This document shows positions 29,698-38,772 of a stretch of 64,000 bases of DNA, in pieces (position 1 is the stretch's first letter; every line of letters begins with the position of its first letter). A model generated the notes under the pieces. The model worked only from the letters and a program-made list of their open reading frames with translations, did not search any database and had not been told where the DNA came from. Source of the stretch: Acidimicrobiia bacterium (GTDB lineage: Bacteria > Actinomycetota > Acidimicrobiia > IMCC26256 > PALSA-555); assembly GCA_040881685.1 (NCBI GenBank), contig JBBECS010000015.1, positions 3,736-67,735 on the forward strand, given 5' to 3'. Made by a program: the position numbers and the translations under genes.

Positions 29698-31506
29698 TCA
29701 GGTGAGGCGTTCTTCGAGGGCGGCGAGCTCGTCACGCAGCTCGGTGGGGAGCCGGTTGCCGAACGAGGCGAAGTGCTCGTGGATCGTCGGCACCTCCCGA
29801 CGCCACTCGTCGGCGTCCACCTGGAGCGCCTCCGCCACACGGGCTTGATCGGTGCCGGACAGGCCGTCGAGCGCGAGATCCTCCGCCCGCGGCACGGCGC
29901 CGATAGCGGTGTCGGACGCGTCGGCGTCGTCTTCGAGCCGGCGGCAGATCCACTCGAGCACCCGTGAGTTCTCGCCATACCCCGGCCACAGGAACTCACC
30001 GTCGGCGTCCTTGCGGAACCAGTTGACGCCGTAGATACGCGGGAGCTTCGACTCGTCTGCCCGTTCGGGCATCGAGAGCCAGTGCTTGAAGTAGTCACCC
30101 ATGTGGTAGCCGCAGAACGGCAGCATCGCGAACGGGTCACGGCGCAGCTCGCCGAGCGCGCCGAACGCAGCCGCGGTCTGCTCGGAGCCCATGGTTGCGG
30201 CCACGAATACACCGTGTCGCCAATCACGCGACTCGAACACGAGGGGCACGGTGGTTGCCCGGCGGCCTCCGAACAGGAAGGCCGAGATCGGGACGCCTTT
30301 CACGTCGTCGTACTCGGGAGCGACGATCGGGCATTGGTCGATCGGCACGCAGAATCGCGAGTTGGGGTGTGCGGCGGGCGTGTCGGACTCCGGAGTCCAG
30401 TCGTTGCGCTGCCAGTCGGTGAGATGACTCGGCACGGGGCCGTCGATCCCCTCCCACCACACGTCGCCGTCGTCGGTGAGCGCGGTGTTGGTGAACACGG
30501 TGTTGCGCTCGATCGTGCGCATGGCGTTCGGGTTCGTCTCGTGGTTCGTTCCGGGCGCCACGCCGAAGAAGCCGTTCTCGGGGTTGATCGCGTAGAGCCG
30601 ACCGTCGGCGCCGATCTTCATCCATGCGATGTCGTCACCGACGCACTCGGCCTTCCAGCCGGGGACGGTGGGGATGAGCATGGCGAGGTTGGTCTTGCCG
30701 CACGCGGACGGGAACGCAGCGCCGATGTAGAAGGTCCGTCTCTTGGGTGACGTGAGCTTCAGGATCAGCATGTGCTCGGCGAGCCAGCCCTCGTCGCGGG
30801 CGATCACCGATGCGATCCGCAACGCGAAGCACTTCTTCCCGAGCAGCGCGTTGCCTCCGTAGCCCGACCCGTACGACCAGATCTCCCTGGTCTCCGGGAA
30901 GTGCACGATCCACTTGTCGTTGGGGTTACACGGCCAGATGGAATCTTCCTCGCCGGGCTCGAGTGGCGCACCGAGCGAGTGCAAGCAGGGCACGAACGGT
31001 CCGTCTTCGCCCAGCACGTCCAGGGCGGGGGTACCGGCGCGGGTCATCGAGCGCATGCTCACGGCCACGTACGGAGAGTCGGTGAGCTCGACGCCGACGT
31101 ACGACAGTGGCGAGCCCAGCGGGCCCATGCTGAACGGGACCACGTACATCGTCCGTCCCCGCATCGAGCCCTGGAACAGCCCCTGGAGCTTGGCCCGCAT
31201 CTCGGTGGGGTCCATCCAGTTGTTGGTGGGCCCGGCGTCGACCTCGCGCTCCGAGCAGATGAAGGTGCGGTCCTCCACCCGGGCGACGTCGCTCGGGTCG
31301 CTCGTTGCCCAGAACGAACCAGGCCGTTTCTGGGGATCCAGCTCGACGAGCGTGCCCGCCTCGACGAGCTGCTTGCACAGGAGCTCGAACTCCTCGTCGG
31401 AGCCGTCCAGCCAGTGGACCGACGTGGGCTCGCACAGCTCAGCCATCGACTCCACCCAGGCGAGCAGGCGGGGATGGGTGGTCGGAGCGTCGATCAGGAC
31501 CGACAC
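29698..31506 (-). CDS. pckG: phosphoenolpyruvate carboxykinase (GTP)
   Basis: Full-length match to the GTP-PEPCK pattern: [39 protein letters not shown] and [12 protein letters not shown]. Confidence 0.95.
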   Translation of the reverse strand: MSVLIDAPTTHPRLLAWVESMAELCEPTSVHWLDGSDEEFELLCKQLVEAGTLVELDPQKRPGSFWATSDPSDVARVEDRTFICSEREVDAGPTNNWMDPTEMRAKLQGLFQGSMRGRTMYVVPFSMGPLGSPLSYVGVELTDSPYVAVSMRSMTRAGTPALDVLGEDGPFVPCLHSLGAPLEPGEEDSIWPCNPNDKWIVHFPETREIWSYGSGYGGNALLGKKCFALRIASVIARDEGWLAEHMLILKLTSPKRRTFYIGAAFPSACGKTNLAMLIPTVPGWKAECVGDDIAWMKIGADGRLYAINPENGFFGVAPGTNHETNPNAMRTIERNTVFTNTALTDDGDVWWEGIDGPVPSHLTDWQRNDWTPESDTPAAHPNSRFCVPIDQCPIVAPEYDDVKGVPISAFLFGGRRATTVPLVFESRDWRHGVFVAATMGSEQTAAAFGALGELRRDPFAMLPFCGYHMGDYFKHWLSMPERADESKLPRIYGVNWFRKDADGEFLWPGYGENSRVLEWICRRLEDDADASDTAIGAVPRAEDLALDGLSGTDQARVAEALQVDADEWRREVPTIHEHFASFGNRLPTELRDELAALEERLT

Positions 31507-31612
31507 GGCGAGGAGAAGCCTCCTGGGCGAGAAAGGTCCGGGAATCCTACCGGTGTCCCGTCAGGCGGGCCGAAGCCGGTGCCCGGAGCAGACCGGTGGG
31601 TAGGTTGCACCC

Positions 31613-31870
31613 GTGAGCTGGCTGTCGTGGGTGGTGGTGGGGTTCCTCGCCGGCATCGCGGCCAAGGCGGTGACCGGTCAGCACCGGCCCGGATGCCTAG
31701 GCACGATCGTGGTCGGGATCGTGGGCGGGCTGCTCGGCGGCGCCATCTTCAAGGCGGCCGGCGACGAGGGCATCAACGACTTCAGCTTCCGGAGCCTGCT
31801 CGTCGCCTTCGTCGGGGCGAGCATCCTGCTCTTCGTGTGGAGCGCGCTGAGCAGCCGCGACCGCGCGTAG
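31613..31870 (+). CDS. GlsB/YeaQ/YmgE family stress-response membrane protein
   Basis: WVVVGFLAGIAAKAV..G....GCLGTIVVGIVGGLLGG in an 85-aa protein with a GTG start. Confidence 0.8.
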   Translation: MSWLSWVVVGFLAGIAAKAVTGQHRPGCLGTIVVGIVGGLLGGAIFKAAGDEGINDFSFRSLLVAFVGASILLFVWSALSSRDRA

Positions 31871-31882
31871 CGCCGACTGGCC

Positions 31883-32110
31883 TCAGACCTGGGCGGTGGG
31901 GAGGCCCATGTCGGCTTCGGCGCCGATGCGCACGTTGATCACGCGGCCGTCGGCGTCGAGCTCGAAGTTCACGCGCTGGCCCTGGCGCAGCATCCGGAAG
32001 ATCGACCCGGCGAGCGCACCCGACGCGAGCACGAGCTCAGCCCGGTCGGCGTCGCGCACGACGATCCCCTCGCCGGTCTGCGGGTCGTAGGTGCGGACGA
32101 CGCCCTGCAT
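31883..32110 (-). CDS. small cold-shock-domain-like (OB-fold) protein
   Basis: The 75-aa protein MQGVVRTYDPQTGEGIVVRD..AELVLASGAL.GS.FRMLRQGQRVNFEL has the CspA-like layout but lacks the aromatic RNP motifs. It starts 2 nt after the rpmB stop. Confidence 0.55.
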   Translation of the reverse strand: MQGVVRTYDPQTGEGIVVRDADRAELVLASGALAGSIFRMLRQGQRVNFELDADGRVINVRIGAEADMGLPTAQV

Positions 32111-32112
32111 CG

Positions 32113-32301
32113 TCAGGGCTTCTGCACCTTGCCCGCCTTCAGGCAGGAGGTGCAGACGTGCAGGCGCTTCGGGGTGCCGTTCACGACAGCCCGGACCTTC
32201 TGCACGTTCGGGTTCCAGCGCCGCTTCGTGCGCCGGTGGGAGTGGCTGAGGCGCATGCCGAACTGCGGCTTCTTGCCGCACACCTCGCAGACCGACGCCA
32301 T
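32113..32301 (-). CDS. rpmB: 50S ribosomal protein L28
   Basis: [38 protein letters not shown] chose the start at ATG 32301 within ORF 32113..32430. Confidence 0.9.
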   Translation of the reverse strand: MASVCEVCGKKPQFGMRLSHSHRRTKRRWNPNVQKVRAVVNGTPKRLHVCTSCLKAGKVQKP

Positions 32302-32331
32302 GACAGATTCCTCGCAAACTCGGGGGACAGG

Positions 32332-32377
32332 AGCGAGCGACCGCGAGTCGGGTATCCCGGCTCGCAGCGAGCGACCC
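32332..32377 (+). repeat. structured repeat copy B (direct repeat - hairpin - direct repeat)
   Basis: AGCGAGCGACC, then GCGAGTCGGG-TAT-CCCGGCTCGC (32343-32365, one T-G pair), then AGCGAGCGACCC. It lies in the divergent rpmB/DAK2 intergenic region. Confidence 0.8.
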
Positions 32378-32404
32378 ATGTGGGGGCGATGGTAGCAAGC
32401 GCTC

Positions 32405-32434
32405 TGGGCCCCGCTCGGTTGGCGCGCCACTACG
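32405..32434 (-). repeat. second repeat type (CCCCGCTCG ... GCGCGCCACTACG)
   Basis: The 13-nt core GCGCGCCACTACG at 32422-32434 is identical to 57814-57826. Both are preceded by CCCCGCTCG (32409-17; 57786-94). The reverse complement carries the family word CGAGCGGGG. Confidence 0.55.
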
Positions 32435-32447
32435 ATTCCGCTGCGAA

Positions 32448-34088
32448 ATGGGGGACACGGGCACGCTGACCGAGTTGGACGGGGCCGCCCTGGCGCGGGT
32501 CGTGGCCACGTACCGCGACGCCTTGCGCAGCCATCAAGAGGAGCTCAACCGGCTCAACGTCTACCCGGTGCCCGATGGCGACACCGGCACGAACATGGCA
32601 CTCACGATCGAGTCGGTGTGCACCGAGGTCGGCAATCGCACCCGGATGGATGACGTGTGCAAGGCGATGGCCCACGGATCGCTCATGGGTGCCCGCGGCA
32701 ACTCGGGCGTGATCCTGTCGCAGATCCTGCGCGGGCTCTCCGAGGTGTTCGCCACACTGCCGGCCGTCACCGCCGAGCATCTGACCGCGGGGCTGCGCCA
32801 GGCCGCCGACGCGGCGTATCAGGCGGTCATGCGGCCGGTGGAGGGCACGATCCTCACCGTCGTGCGCACCTCGGCCGAGGCGGCCGAGGCCGCGCGTGAC
32901 GACGGCGCCAAGGCGTTGTCCGGCCTGCTCGAGCGCGTGACTGCCGCGGCGCACGACGCGGTGGCGCGCACTCCCGACCTGTTGCCGGTGCTCAAGGAAG
33001 CAGGCGTCGTCGACGCAGGCGGCCACGGCTTCGCGTTGATGCTCGACGCGTTCCTGCACATCGTCGACGGTCGCCCGCTGCCGGAGCCGCAGATCGTCAC
33101 GAAGCCCGCGGCGATCGCCGCGCATGAGCGTGGCGTCGACGTGTCGTCCTTGCGGTACGAGGTGATGTTCCTGCTCGAGGCCGACGAAGCGACGATCCCC
33201 GCGCTCAAGGAGACTTGGAGCGGCCTCGGCGACTCGATCGTGGTGACCGGCGGCGACGGTCTCTGGAGCTGCCACGTCCACACCGACGAGATCGGTGCCG
33301 CGATCGAAGCGAGCATCGAGGCGGGCCGACCGTCGAAGATCCGGGTGACCGACCTGATCGACCAAGTCGAGGAGGAACAGTGGGTGCGCGAAGCCCGGGC
33401 CCAGGAACCGCTGGGCGAAGCCGTCGAGCCGGTCACGACTGCGGTCGTGGCCGTCGCGGTCGGTGAGGGGCTGCAACGCCTGCTCCGCAGCGTCGGCGTG
33501 CACGAGGTGGTTGCCGGTGGTCAGTCGATGAACCCGTCGACCGCGCAGATCCTCGAAGCGGTCGATCGGGCCCGGGCCGATGCGGTGGTCGTGCTCCCCA
33601 ACAACAAGAACATCGTCGCGGTGGCCCAACAGGTGGACGACCTCACACAGCGCTCGGTCGCGGTCGTGCCCACGCACGCAGTGGTGGAGGCGCTCGCCGC
33701 GCTGGTGGCGTACGACCCCGACGCACCGCTGAAAGACAACATCTCGGCGATGACCGACGCAGCGGAACGCGTGCAGGCGGGCGAGATCACCCAAGCCGTG
33801 CGCGACAGCGTCGCAGAATGCGGTCCGATCGCCGAGGGCGACTGGATCGCGCTCACGCGCGACGGGATCCAGCTGACGGCTGCGTCGGCGTTCGACGCCG
33901 CGGTCGGGCTCCTCGAGCGACTCGTGAACGAAGAGAGCGAGCTCATCACCGTGCTCGTCGGTGCCGACGCCCGCAGCGCCGACACCACCCGCCTTCGAGA
34001 GCACGTGGGGCTCGAGCACCCGCACGTCGAGCTCGAGGTCCACGCGGGCGACCAACCCCTCTATCCGTACCTGATCGGGGTTGAGTAG
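32448..34088 (+). CDS. DAK2 domain fusion protein (YloV-like)
   Basis: [15 protein letters not shown] and [12 protein letters not shown] mark the Dak2 domain. A C-terminal DegV-like/YloV half follows. It has the conserved position upstream of recG. Confidence 0.9.
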   Translation: MGDTGTLTELDGAALARVVATYRDALRSHQEELNRLNVYPVPDGDTGTNMALTIESVCTEVGNRTRMDDVCKAMAHGSLMGARGNSGVILSQILRGLSEVFATLPAVTAEHLTAGLRQAADAAYQAVMRPVEGTILTVVRTSAEAAEAARDDGAKALSGLLERVTAAAHDAVARTPDLLPVLKEAGVVDAGGHGFALMLDAFLHIVDGRPLPEPQIVTKPAAIAAHERGVDVSSLRYEVMFLLEADEATIPALKETWSGLGDSIVVTGGDGLWSCHVHTDEIGAAIEASIEAGRPSKIRVTDLIDQVEEEQWVREARAQEPLGEAVEPVTTAVVAVAVGEGLQRLLRSVGVHEVVAGGQSMNPSTAQILEAVDRARADAVVVLPNNKNIVAVAQQVDDLTQRSVAVVPTHAVVEALAALVAYDPDAPLKDNISAMTDAAERVQAGEITQAVRDSVAECGPIAEGDWIALTRDGIQLTAASAFDAAVGLLERLVNEESELITVLVGADARSADTTRLREHVGLEHPHVELEVHAGDQPLYPYLIGVE

Positions 34089-34139
34089 AGCGCAGTGGAA
34101 CCGTCCTCGGATGAGCGGGACGGTGAAGCGGAGCGACCC
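34089..34139 (+). repeat. structured repeat copy H (H/I subtype)
   Basis: AGTGGAA, then CCGTCC-TCGGATGAGCG-GGACGG (34101-34123), then TGAAGCGGAGCGACCC. It lies 15 nt upstream of the recG GTG and is near-identical in layout to copy I. Confidence 0.7.
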
Positions 34140-34153
34140 ATAATGGCGACCTT

Positions 34154-36358
34154 GTGAATGAGCGCGTCGCGGCGGGGATCACCTTGCGCGAGCTGCGAGA
34201 CAAGCCTGCGTCCGACCTGCGCGCGGTGGGTTCGAAGTTGGCGACCCGGCTCGAGGCGATGGAACTCATGAGCGTGCTCGACCTGCTCGAGCACTACCCG
34301 CGTCGGTATCACGACCGCACCAAGGTCCAGGACATCGCCGAGCTGGCGATCGGCGAGGAGGCGACGGTCACGGGTGAGGTGAAGAAGGTCTCGGTGCGTC
34401 GACCGCGCAACCGCCGCCCCTTGGTGGAGATGGAGGTGTTCGACGGCACCTCCTACCTGCGGCTCACGTTCTTCAACCAGGAGTACCGGGCGAAAATCAC
34501 GGAAGGCACCGAGATCTCGGTCTTCGGCAAGGTCGACCTGTATCGCGGCCGGCGTCAGATGGTGAACCCCGCGCTCGACGTGCTCGGCAATCCCGGCGAG
34601 CAGACGACCGGCGTCCTGCTCCCCGTGTACCCCCAGTCGGGGAAGGCGGGTGTGCAGACGTGGGAGCTCCGGAAGGTTGCCGCGGAGCTGCTCCAGCGCG
34701 TTCGTGCTCGCGGGTTCGCCGACCCGGTTGATGTGGGCGTGCTTCGAGCGCGCGGCCTCGTCGATCGAACGACCGCCTATTCGGCGATCCACCGCCCTGA
34801 GACCTTGGGCGAAGTCGAGGTCGCCAAGGCGCGCCTCACGTTCGACGAGTTCCTCCGCATGCAGGTGGGCCTGGTCGCGCGCAAGCGTGCGCTCGAGCGC
34901 GATCGAAGTGGCATCGAGCATCAGGTCGACGGTCCGCTCGTCCCGGCGTTCCACGCCGCGCTCCCGTTCCCGTTGACTGACGACCAGCAGCGCGCGATCG
35001 CCGAGATCGGCCAGGACATGGCCGCGCCTGCGCCGATGCACCGGCTGCTCCAAGGCGAGGTGGGATCGGGCAAGACCGTGGTGGCGCTCACCGCGCTCCT
35101 GATGGCCGTGCAAGGCGGCTACCAAGGCGCGTTCATGGCGCCGACGGAGGTGCTCGCCGAGCAGCACGACCTCACGTTGCGATCGCTGCTCGACGGCCTG
35201 CACGTCCCGGCCGAGGGCAGCCTGCTGGGCGACCGGCCCATCGGCGTCGCCCTGCTCACCAACCGCACCGCGGCCGCCGAACGGCGCCGCATCGCCGACG
35301 GCTTGCGCTCGGGAGAGATCGACATCCTCGTCGGCACGCACGCGCTGATCTACGAGGGGGTCGAGTTCGCGCGCCTCGGCGTAGCGGTGGTCGACGAGCA
35401 GCACCGGTTCGGCGTCGAGCAACGCGACCTGCTGCGCGGAAAAGGTCCGCGGCGAGCGTCCCAAGGGGCGGCGCCGGGTATCCCGGCGCCTAGCGAGCCT
35501 GCCGAATACGGGGGATCCGACGTGCTCGTGATGACAGCGACGCCGATCCCACGGACGGCGGCGATGCTCATCTACGGCGACCTGGACCGCTCCGAGCTGC
35601 GCAGTCTCCCGGCCGGCCGTTCGCCGATCACCACCGAGATCGTGGGCCCGATGCCGATGGAGCGCACGCCGGTCTACGAGCGCCTGCGCGCCGAGGTCGA
35701 CGCCGGCCGCCAGGCCTACGTCGTGTGCCCGCTCGTGGAGGGTTCCGAGAAGCTCGAGGCCAAAGCGGCGACCGAGGAACACGCGCGGCTCGCGGCCGAA
35801 GAGCTTGCAGGGTTGCGCCTCGGCCTGCTGCACGGGCAGATGCCGTCGCGAGACAAGGAAGCGATGATGACGCGCTTCCGAGCGCACGAGATCGATGTGC
35901 TCGTCGCCACCACCGTGGTCGAGGTCGGAGTTGATGTGCCGAACGCGACCGTGATGATCGTCGAAGATGCTGATCGCTTCGGGCTCCTCCAGCTCCACCA
36001 GCTGCGCGGTCGCATCGGTCGCGGCGCGCACCGTTCGTGGTGCTATCTGCTCGCCGATCCGGTCACGAACGAAGCCAAGGCGCGACTCCAGGCGATGGTC
36101 AACTCCTCCGACGGCTTCGAGCTCGCGGAGCGCGACCTCGAGATCCGCGGCGAGGGCGCGGTGTTCGGCGAGCGGCAGTCGGGCTGGAGCGACCTCAAGC
36201 TCGGTCGCCTCCCGCGCGACGAGCCGATCGTGATGGAGGCCCGCGCCGTGGCCGAGTCCATCCTCGGCGCCGACCCAGAGCTCGAACGACATCCGCAGCT
36301 GCGTGAAGAGGTCGAGGATCTGCTCGGCGACGCGGTCGAGTTCCTCTTCAAGAGCTGA
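34154..36358 (+). CDS. recG: ATP-dependent DNA helicase RecG (carrying an in-frame repeat insertion)
   Basis: Wedge/OB N-terminus, then LLQGEVGSGKTVVA, VVDEQHRFGV, LVMTATPIPRT, HGQMPSRDKE and LHQLRGRIGRG. About 18-20 extra residues lie between the DEQH box and MTATPIPRT. Confidence 0.95.
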   Translation: MNERVAAGITLRELRDKPASDLRAVGSKLATRLEAMELMSVLDLLEHYPRRYHDRTKVQDIAELAIGEEATVTGEVKKVSVRRPRNRRPLVEMEVFDGTSYLRLTFFNQEYRAKITEGTEISVFGKVDLYRGRRQMVNPALDVLGNPGEQTTGVLLPVYPQSGKAGVQTWELRKVAAELLQRVRARGFADPVDVGVLRARGLVDRTTAYSAIHRPETLGEVEVAKARLTFDEFLRMQVGLVARKRALERDRSGIEHQVDGPLVPAFHAALPFPLTDDQQRAIAEIGQDMAAPAPMHRLLQGEVGSGKTVVALTALLMAVQGGYQGAFMAPTEVLAEQHDLTLRSLLDGLHVPAEGSLLGDRPIGVALLTNRTAAAERRRIADGLRSGEIDILVGTHALIYEGVEFARLGVAVVDEQHRFGVEQRDLLRGKGPRRASQGAAPGIPAPSEPAEYGGSDVLVMTATPIPRTAAMLIYGDLDRSELRSLPAGRSPITTEIVGPMPMERTPVYERLRAEVDAGRQAYVVCPLVEGSEKLEAKAATEEHARLAAEELAGLRLGLLHGQMPSRDKEAMMTRFRAHEIDVLVATTVVEVGVDVPNATVMIVEDADRFGLLQLHQLRGRIGRGAHRSWCYLLADPVTNEAKARLQAMVNSSDGFELAERDLEIRGEGAVFGERQSGWSDLKLGRLPRDEPIVMEARAVAESILGADPELERHPQLREEVEDLLGDAVEFLFKS
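35449..35503 (+). repeat. structured repeat copy C, in frame inside recG
   Basis: GCGGCGAGCGTCCCAAGG, then GGCGCCGGG-TAT-CCCGGCGCC (35470-35490, perfect 9-bp stem), then TAGCGAGCCTGCC. It is translated as RRASQGAAPGIPAPSEPA. Confidence 0.75.
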
Positions 36359-36918
36359 TGAAAGGACGCTTGCGGGTAGTCGCTGGTGAAGCGGGGGGAC
36401 TGCGTCTCGTCGCGCCGCCCAACTCGCGCCCGACCACCGACCGCGTGCGCGAGGCGCTCTTCTCCGCGTTGGGACCGGATCCCGTCCAGGATGCCGTCGT
36501 GCTCGACCTGTTCGCGGGGAGCGGCGCGCTCGCAATCGAAGCGCTCTCGCGTGGCGCACAGCGAGCGGTCCTCGTCGACGTCGATCGTGATGCCGAGGCG
36601 GCATGCGAGCAGAACATCCTGACGACCCGGTTCATGGATCGTGCGCGGGTCGAGCGCACCACCACCGAGCAGTTCCTCAGGCATCCACCCGTCGAATCGC
36701 CCTTCAACCTTGTGCTCTGCGATCCGCCCTACGAGCTGCCGGATGCGGAGGTGGCCACGGTGCTCCACTCGTTGCACGCCCCTGAGTGGCTGATGGGCGA
36801 CGCACTCGTGGTGGTGGAGCGGGCGGCGCCGACCTGGGAGCCGCCCGAGGGGTGGACGACCTCGTGGCAGCGCGGGTACGGCGATACGCTCGTGACGATC
36901 GTGCACGTGTCGTCCTGA
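36358..36918 (+). CDS. rsmD: 16S rRNA (guanine966-N2)-methyltransferase
   Basis: RVVAGEAGGLRL..P....RPTTDRVREALFS.L, DLFAGSGALAIEALSRGA and CDPPY. The ATG overlaps the recG TGA (TGATG). Confidence 0.9.
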   Translation: MKGRLRVVAGEAGGLRLVAPPNSRPTTDRVREALFSALGPDPVQDAVVLDLFAGSGALAIEALSRGAQRAVLVDVDRDAEAACEQNILTTRFMDRARVERTTTEQFLRHPPVESPFNLVLCDPPYELPDAEVATVLHSLHAPEWLMGDALVVVERAAPTWEPPEGWTTSWQRGYGDTLVTIVHVSS

Positions 36919-36939
36919 CCCGACGAAGGAGGGATCGGC

Positions 36940-37437
36940 GTGGCAACGGCGCTCTGCCCGGGCTCCTTCGATCCCGTCACCAACGGGCACCTCGACATCA
37001 TCGAACGCACGGCGCGGCACTTCGACACGGTGATCGTCGCGGTCATCCGCAACCCGCAGAAGTCCCAGTCGCTCTTCACCCTCGAAGAGCGCCAGGAGAT
37101 GCTGCACGAGGTGACCGCCCACCTGTCCAACATCAAGATCGAGTTCTTCAAGGGGTTGCTCGTCGAGTTCGCCAAGGACCACGGCGCGTCGGCCATCGTC
37201 AAGGGGCTGCGGGCCATCTCCGACTTCGACTACGAGCTCCAGATGGCGCAGATGAACCAGAGCCTGTCGGGCATCGACACCTTCTTCATCTCCACGAGCC
37301 CGCAGTACTCGTTCCTCTCGTCGAGCCTCGTGCGCGAGGTGGCGAAGTTCGGTGGCGACGTGTCGAGCATGGTTCCCGCCGTCGTCGCGAAGCGGCTCGA
37401 CGCCCGCTTCGGGGGGCCCAGCCGCGACAAGGCATGA
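36940..37437 (+). CDS. coaD: phosphopantetheine adenylyltransferase
   Basis: ALCPGSFDPVTNGHLDIIERTA and GLRAISDFDYELQMAQMN. Confidence 0.95.
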   Translation: MATALCPGSFDPVTNGHLDIIERTARHFDTVIVAVIRNPQKSQSLFTLEERQEMLHEVTAHLSNIKIEFFKGLLVEFAKDHGASAIVKGLRAISDFDYELQMAQMNQSLSGIDTFFISTSPQYSFLSSSLVREVAKFGGDVSSMVPAVVAKRLDARFGGPSRDKA

Positions 37438-37523
37438 GCCGAGCATTCGCGCCGCAGGTACCCTGCGGCGCACGAGGCGGGGCCTCAGCGGCCCGGCGCG
37501 AAGCGCCAGGAGCGGGAAGGTGA
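37434..37523 (+). repeat. structured repeat copy F, also a 29-codon intercistronic mini-ORF
   Basis: The ATG at 37434 overlaps the coaD TGA (ATGA). The ORF MSRAFAPQVPCGARGGASAARREAPGAGR ends at TGA 37521-23, which overlaps GTG 37520 of the next gene (GTGA). Hairpin 1 is GCGCCGCAGG-TAC-CCTGCGGCGC (37449-71) and hairpin 2 is CGGCGC-GAA-GCGCC (37494-37507). Confidence 0.75.
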
Positions 37524-38071
37524 GTGACCCGGGCCTCGGCCTCCCCCGATCATCGATCGCCGGTGCGCGTGGCCTCGAAGACCTCCTGTACGACCTGCGG
37601 GAGCTGATCGAGACGGCGCGCATGATGCCGATGTCGGCGTCTGTGCTCGTCAACCGCGACGAAGCGCTCACGCTCATGGAAGACGTGGTGGCGTCGCTCC
37701 CTGGTGAGCTGCGCGAAGCCCGCTTCTTGCTCAAGGAGCGCGACGAGTTCCTCGCCGAGGCCCAGCGCGAGGCCGCGGCCCTCATCGACTCGGCGCGGGT
37801 GCAAGCCGAGCGCATGGTCGAGCGGACCGAGATCTCGCGCGAGGCCCACCGCACGGCCGAGGAGATCGTCGCCAACGCCGAAGCCGACGCGCGTCGGTTG
37901 CGCCACGAAGCCGAGGACTACATCGACGCGCGGCTCGCGGCCTTCGAGGCTGGCCTCGAGCGGACGCTCGCGACGATCCGCAAGGGGCGCCAGCGTCTCC
38001 AGGTACCGCTCCCCGCGCCACACAGCGAGGACGACGAGCTCGCTCGCGATGTCTTCGACCAAGACACCTAG
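37520..38071 (+). CDS. coiled-coil protein (DivIVA/ATP-synthase-B-like; actinobacterial Rv2927c-type position)
   Basis: LEDLLYDLRELIETARMMPMSASVLVNRDEALTLMEDVV..LP.ELREARFLLKERDEF is followed by long heptad-like helices. The GTG start at 37520 is inferred, because the open frame runs further upstream through the repeat. Confidence 0.7.
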   Translation: MSDPGLGLPRSSIAGARGLEDLLYDLRELIETARMMPMSASVLVNRDEALTLMEDVVASLPGELREARFLLKERDEFLAEAQREAAALIDSARVQAERMVERTEISREAHRTAEEIVANAEADARRLRHEAEDYIDARLAAFEAGLERTLATIRKGRQRLQVPLPAPHSEDDELARDVFDQDT

Positions 38072-38120
38072 ATGGTCGCGCTCGGCCCGTTGAGCCCGTT
38101 CGGCTGCTCCGACGGTAACT

Positions 38121-38155
38121 GGGAAAATCTGGAAATCGGCGGTCGCTGCTAGGAT
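38121..38155 (+). promoter_or_regulatory. AT-rich patch / candidate promoter upstream of yceD-rpmF-plsX
   Basis: GGGAAAATCTGGAAATCGGCGGTCGCTGCTAGGAT contains TAGGAT as a possible -10 and an AT-rich stretch upstream. There is no experimental support. Confidence 0.25.
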
Positions 38156-38166
38156 CAGATGCCCAC

Positions 38167-38232
38167 CTCGAGCGGGCTCGGTGGAGCCGTCGGACCACCG
38201 ACGGAGGCGTTGCCTCGGCTCCCCCGCTCGAG
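38167..38232 (+). other. 66-nt nested stem-loop in the yceD leader
   Basis: CTCGAGCGGG (38167-76) pairs with CCCGCTCGAG (38223-32) and encloses CCGTCGG-ACCA-CCGACGG. It ends 36 nt before the yceD ATG. Confidence 0.55.
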
Positions 38233-38267
38233 CCACCTACGCACGGCCGCGGGCCGGCCGTCAGGCC

Positions 38268-38732
38268 ATGTCCGGATTCCGCATCGATGTCGCCGACCTG
38301 CTGTCGCACCCCGGTTCGCGGCGCGAGCTCACCCTGGCCGAGCCCGTCGCCGACTTGGTCGGCTCGGCGGCGCGCGTCGAGGGGCCGGTGCGGCTGGATC
38401 TCGCGCTCGAGCGCATCTCCGAGGGCATCGTGGCTCGCGGTATGGTGACCGCCCATTGGCAGGCCGAGTGCAGCCTCTGCCTCGGCGACGTCGAGCGCAG
38501 TCTCGAAGCGCACGTCGACGAGCTCTTCGAGCCCACCCCGGTCGAGGGCGAGACCTACCCGATCCAGGGCCACGAGATCGACCTGGAGCAGCTCGTGCGC
38601 GACGTGGTGCTGCTCGATCTGCCGCTCGCGCCGCATTGCGAACCGGAGTGTGTGGGGGCGTTGCCCGAGATCAACGACGACGACGACCCCACCGATCCCC
38701 GCTGGGCCGCGCTCTCCGAGCTCGAGCTCTGA
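38268..38732 (+). CDS. yceD: YceD/DUF177 family protein
   Basis: MSGFRIDVADLL...G.V.LDL.LERI.EGIVARG.V...W..EC.LCL....R.....V.ELF plus C-terminal cysteines. It has the conserved position upstream of rpmF. Confidence 0.85.
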   Translation: MSGFRIDVADLLSHPGSRRELTLAEPVADLVGSAARVEGPVRLDLALERISEGIVARGMVTAHWQAECSLCLGDVERSLEAHVDELFEPTPVEGETYPIQGHEIDLEQLVRDVVLLDLPLAPHCEPECVGALPEINDDDDPTDPRWAALSELEL

Positions 38733-38772
38733 CACCCGCCGCGAAGACCCGACCCGAGGAGCACACCACGCC

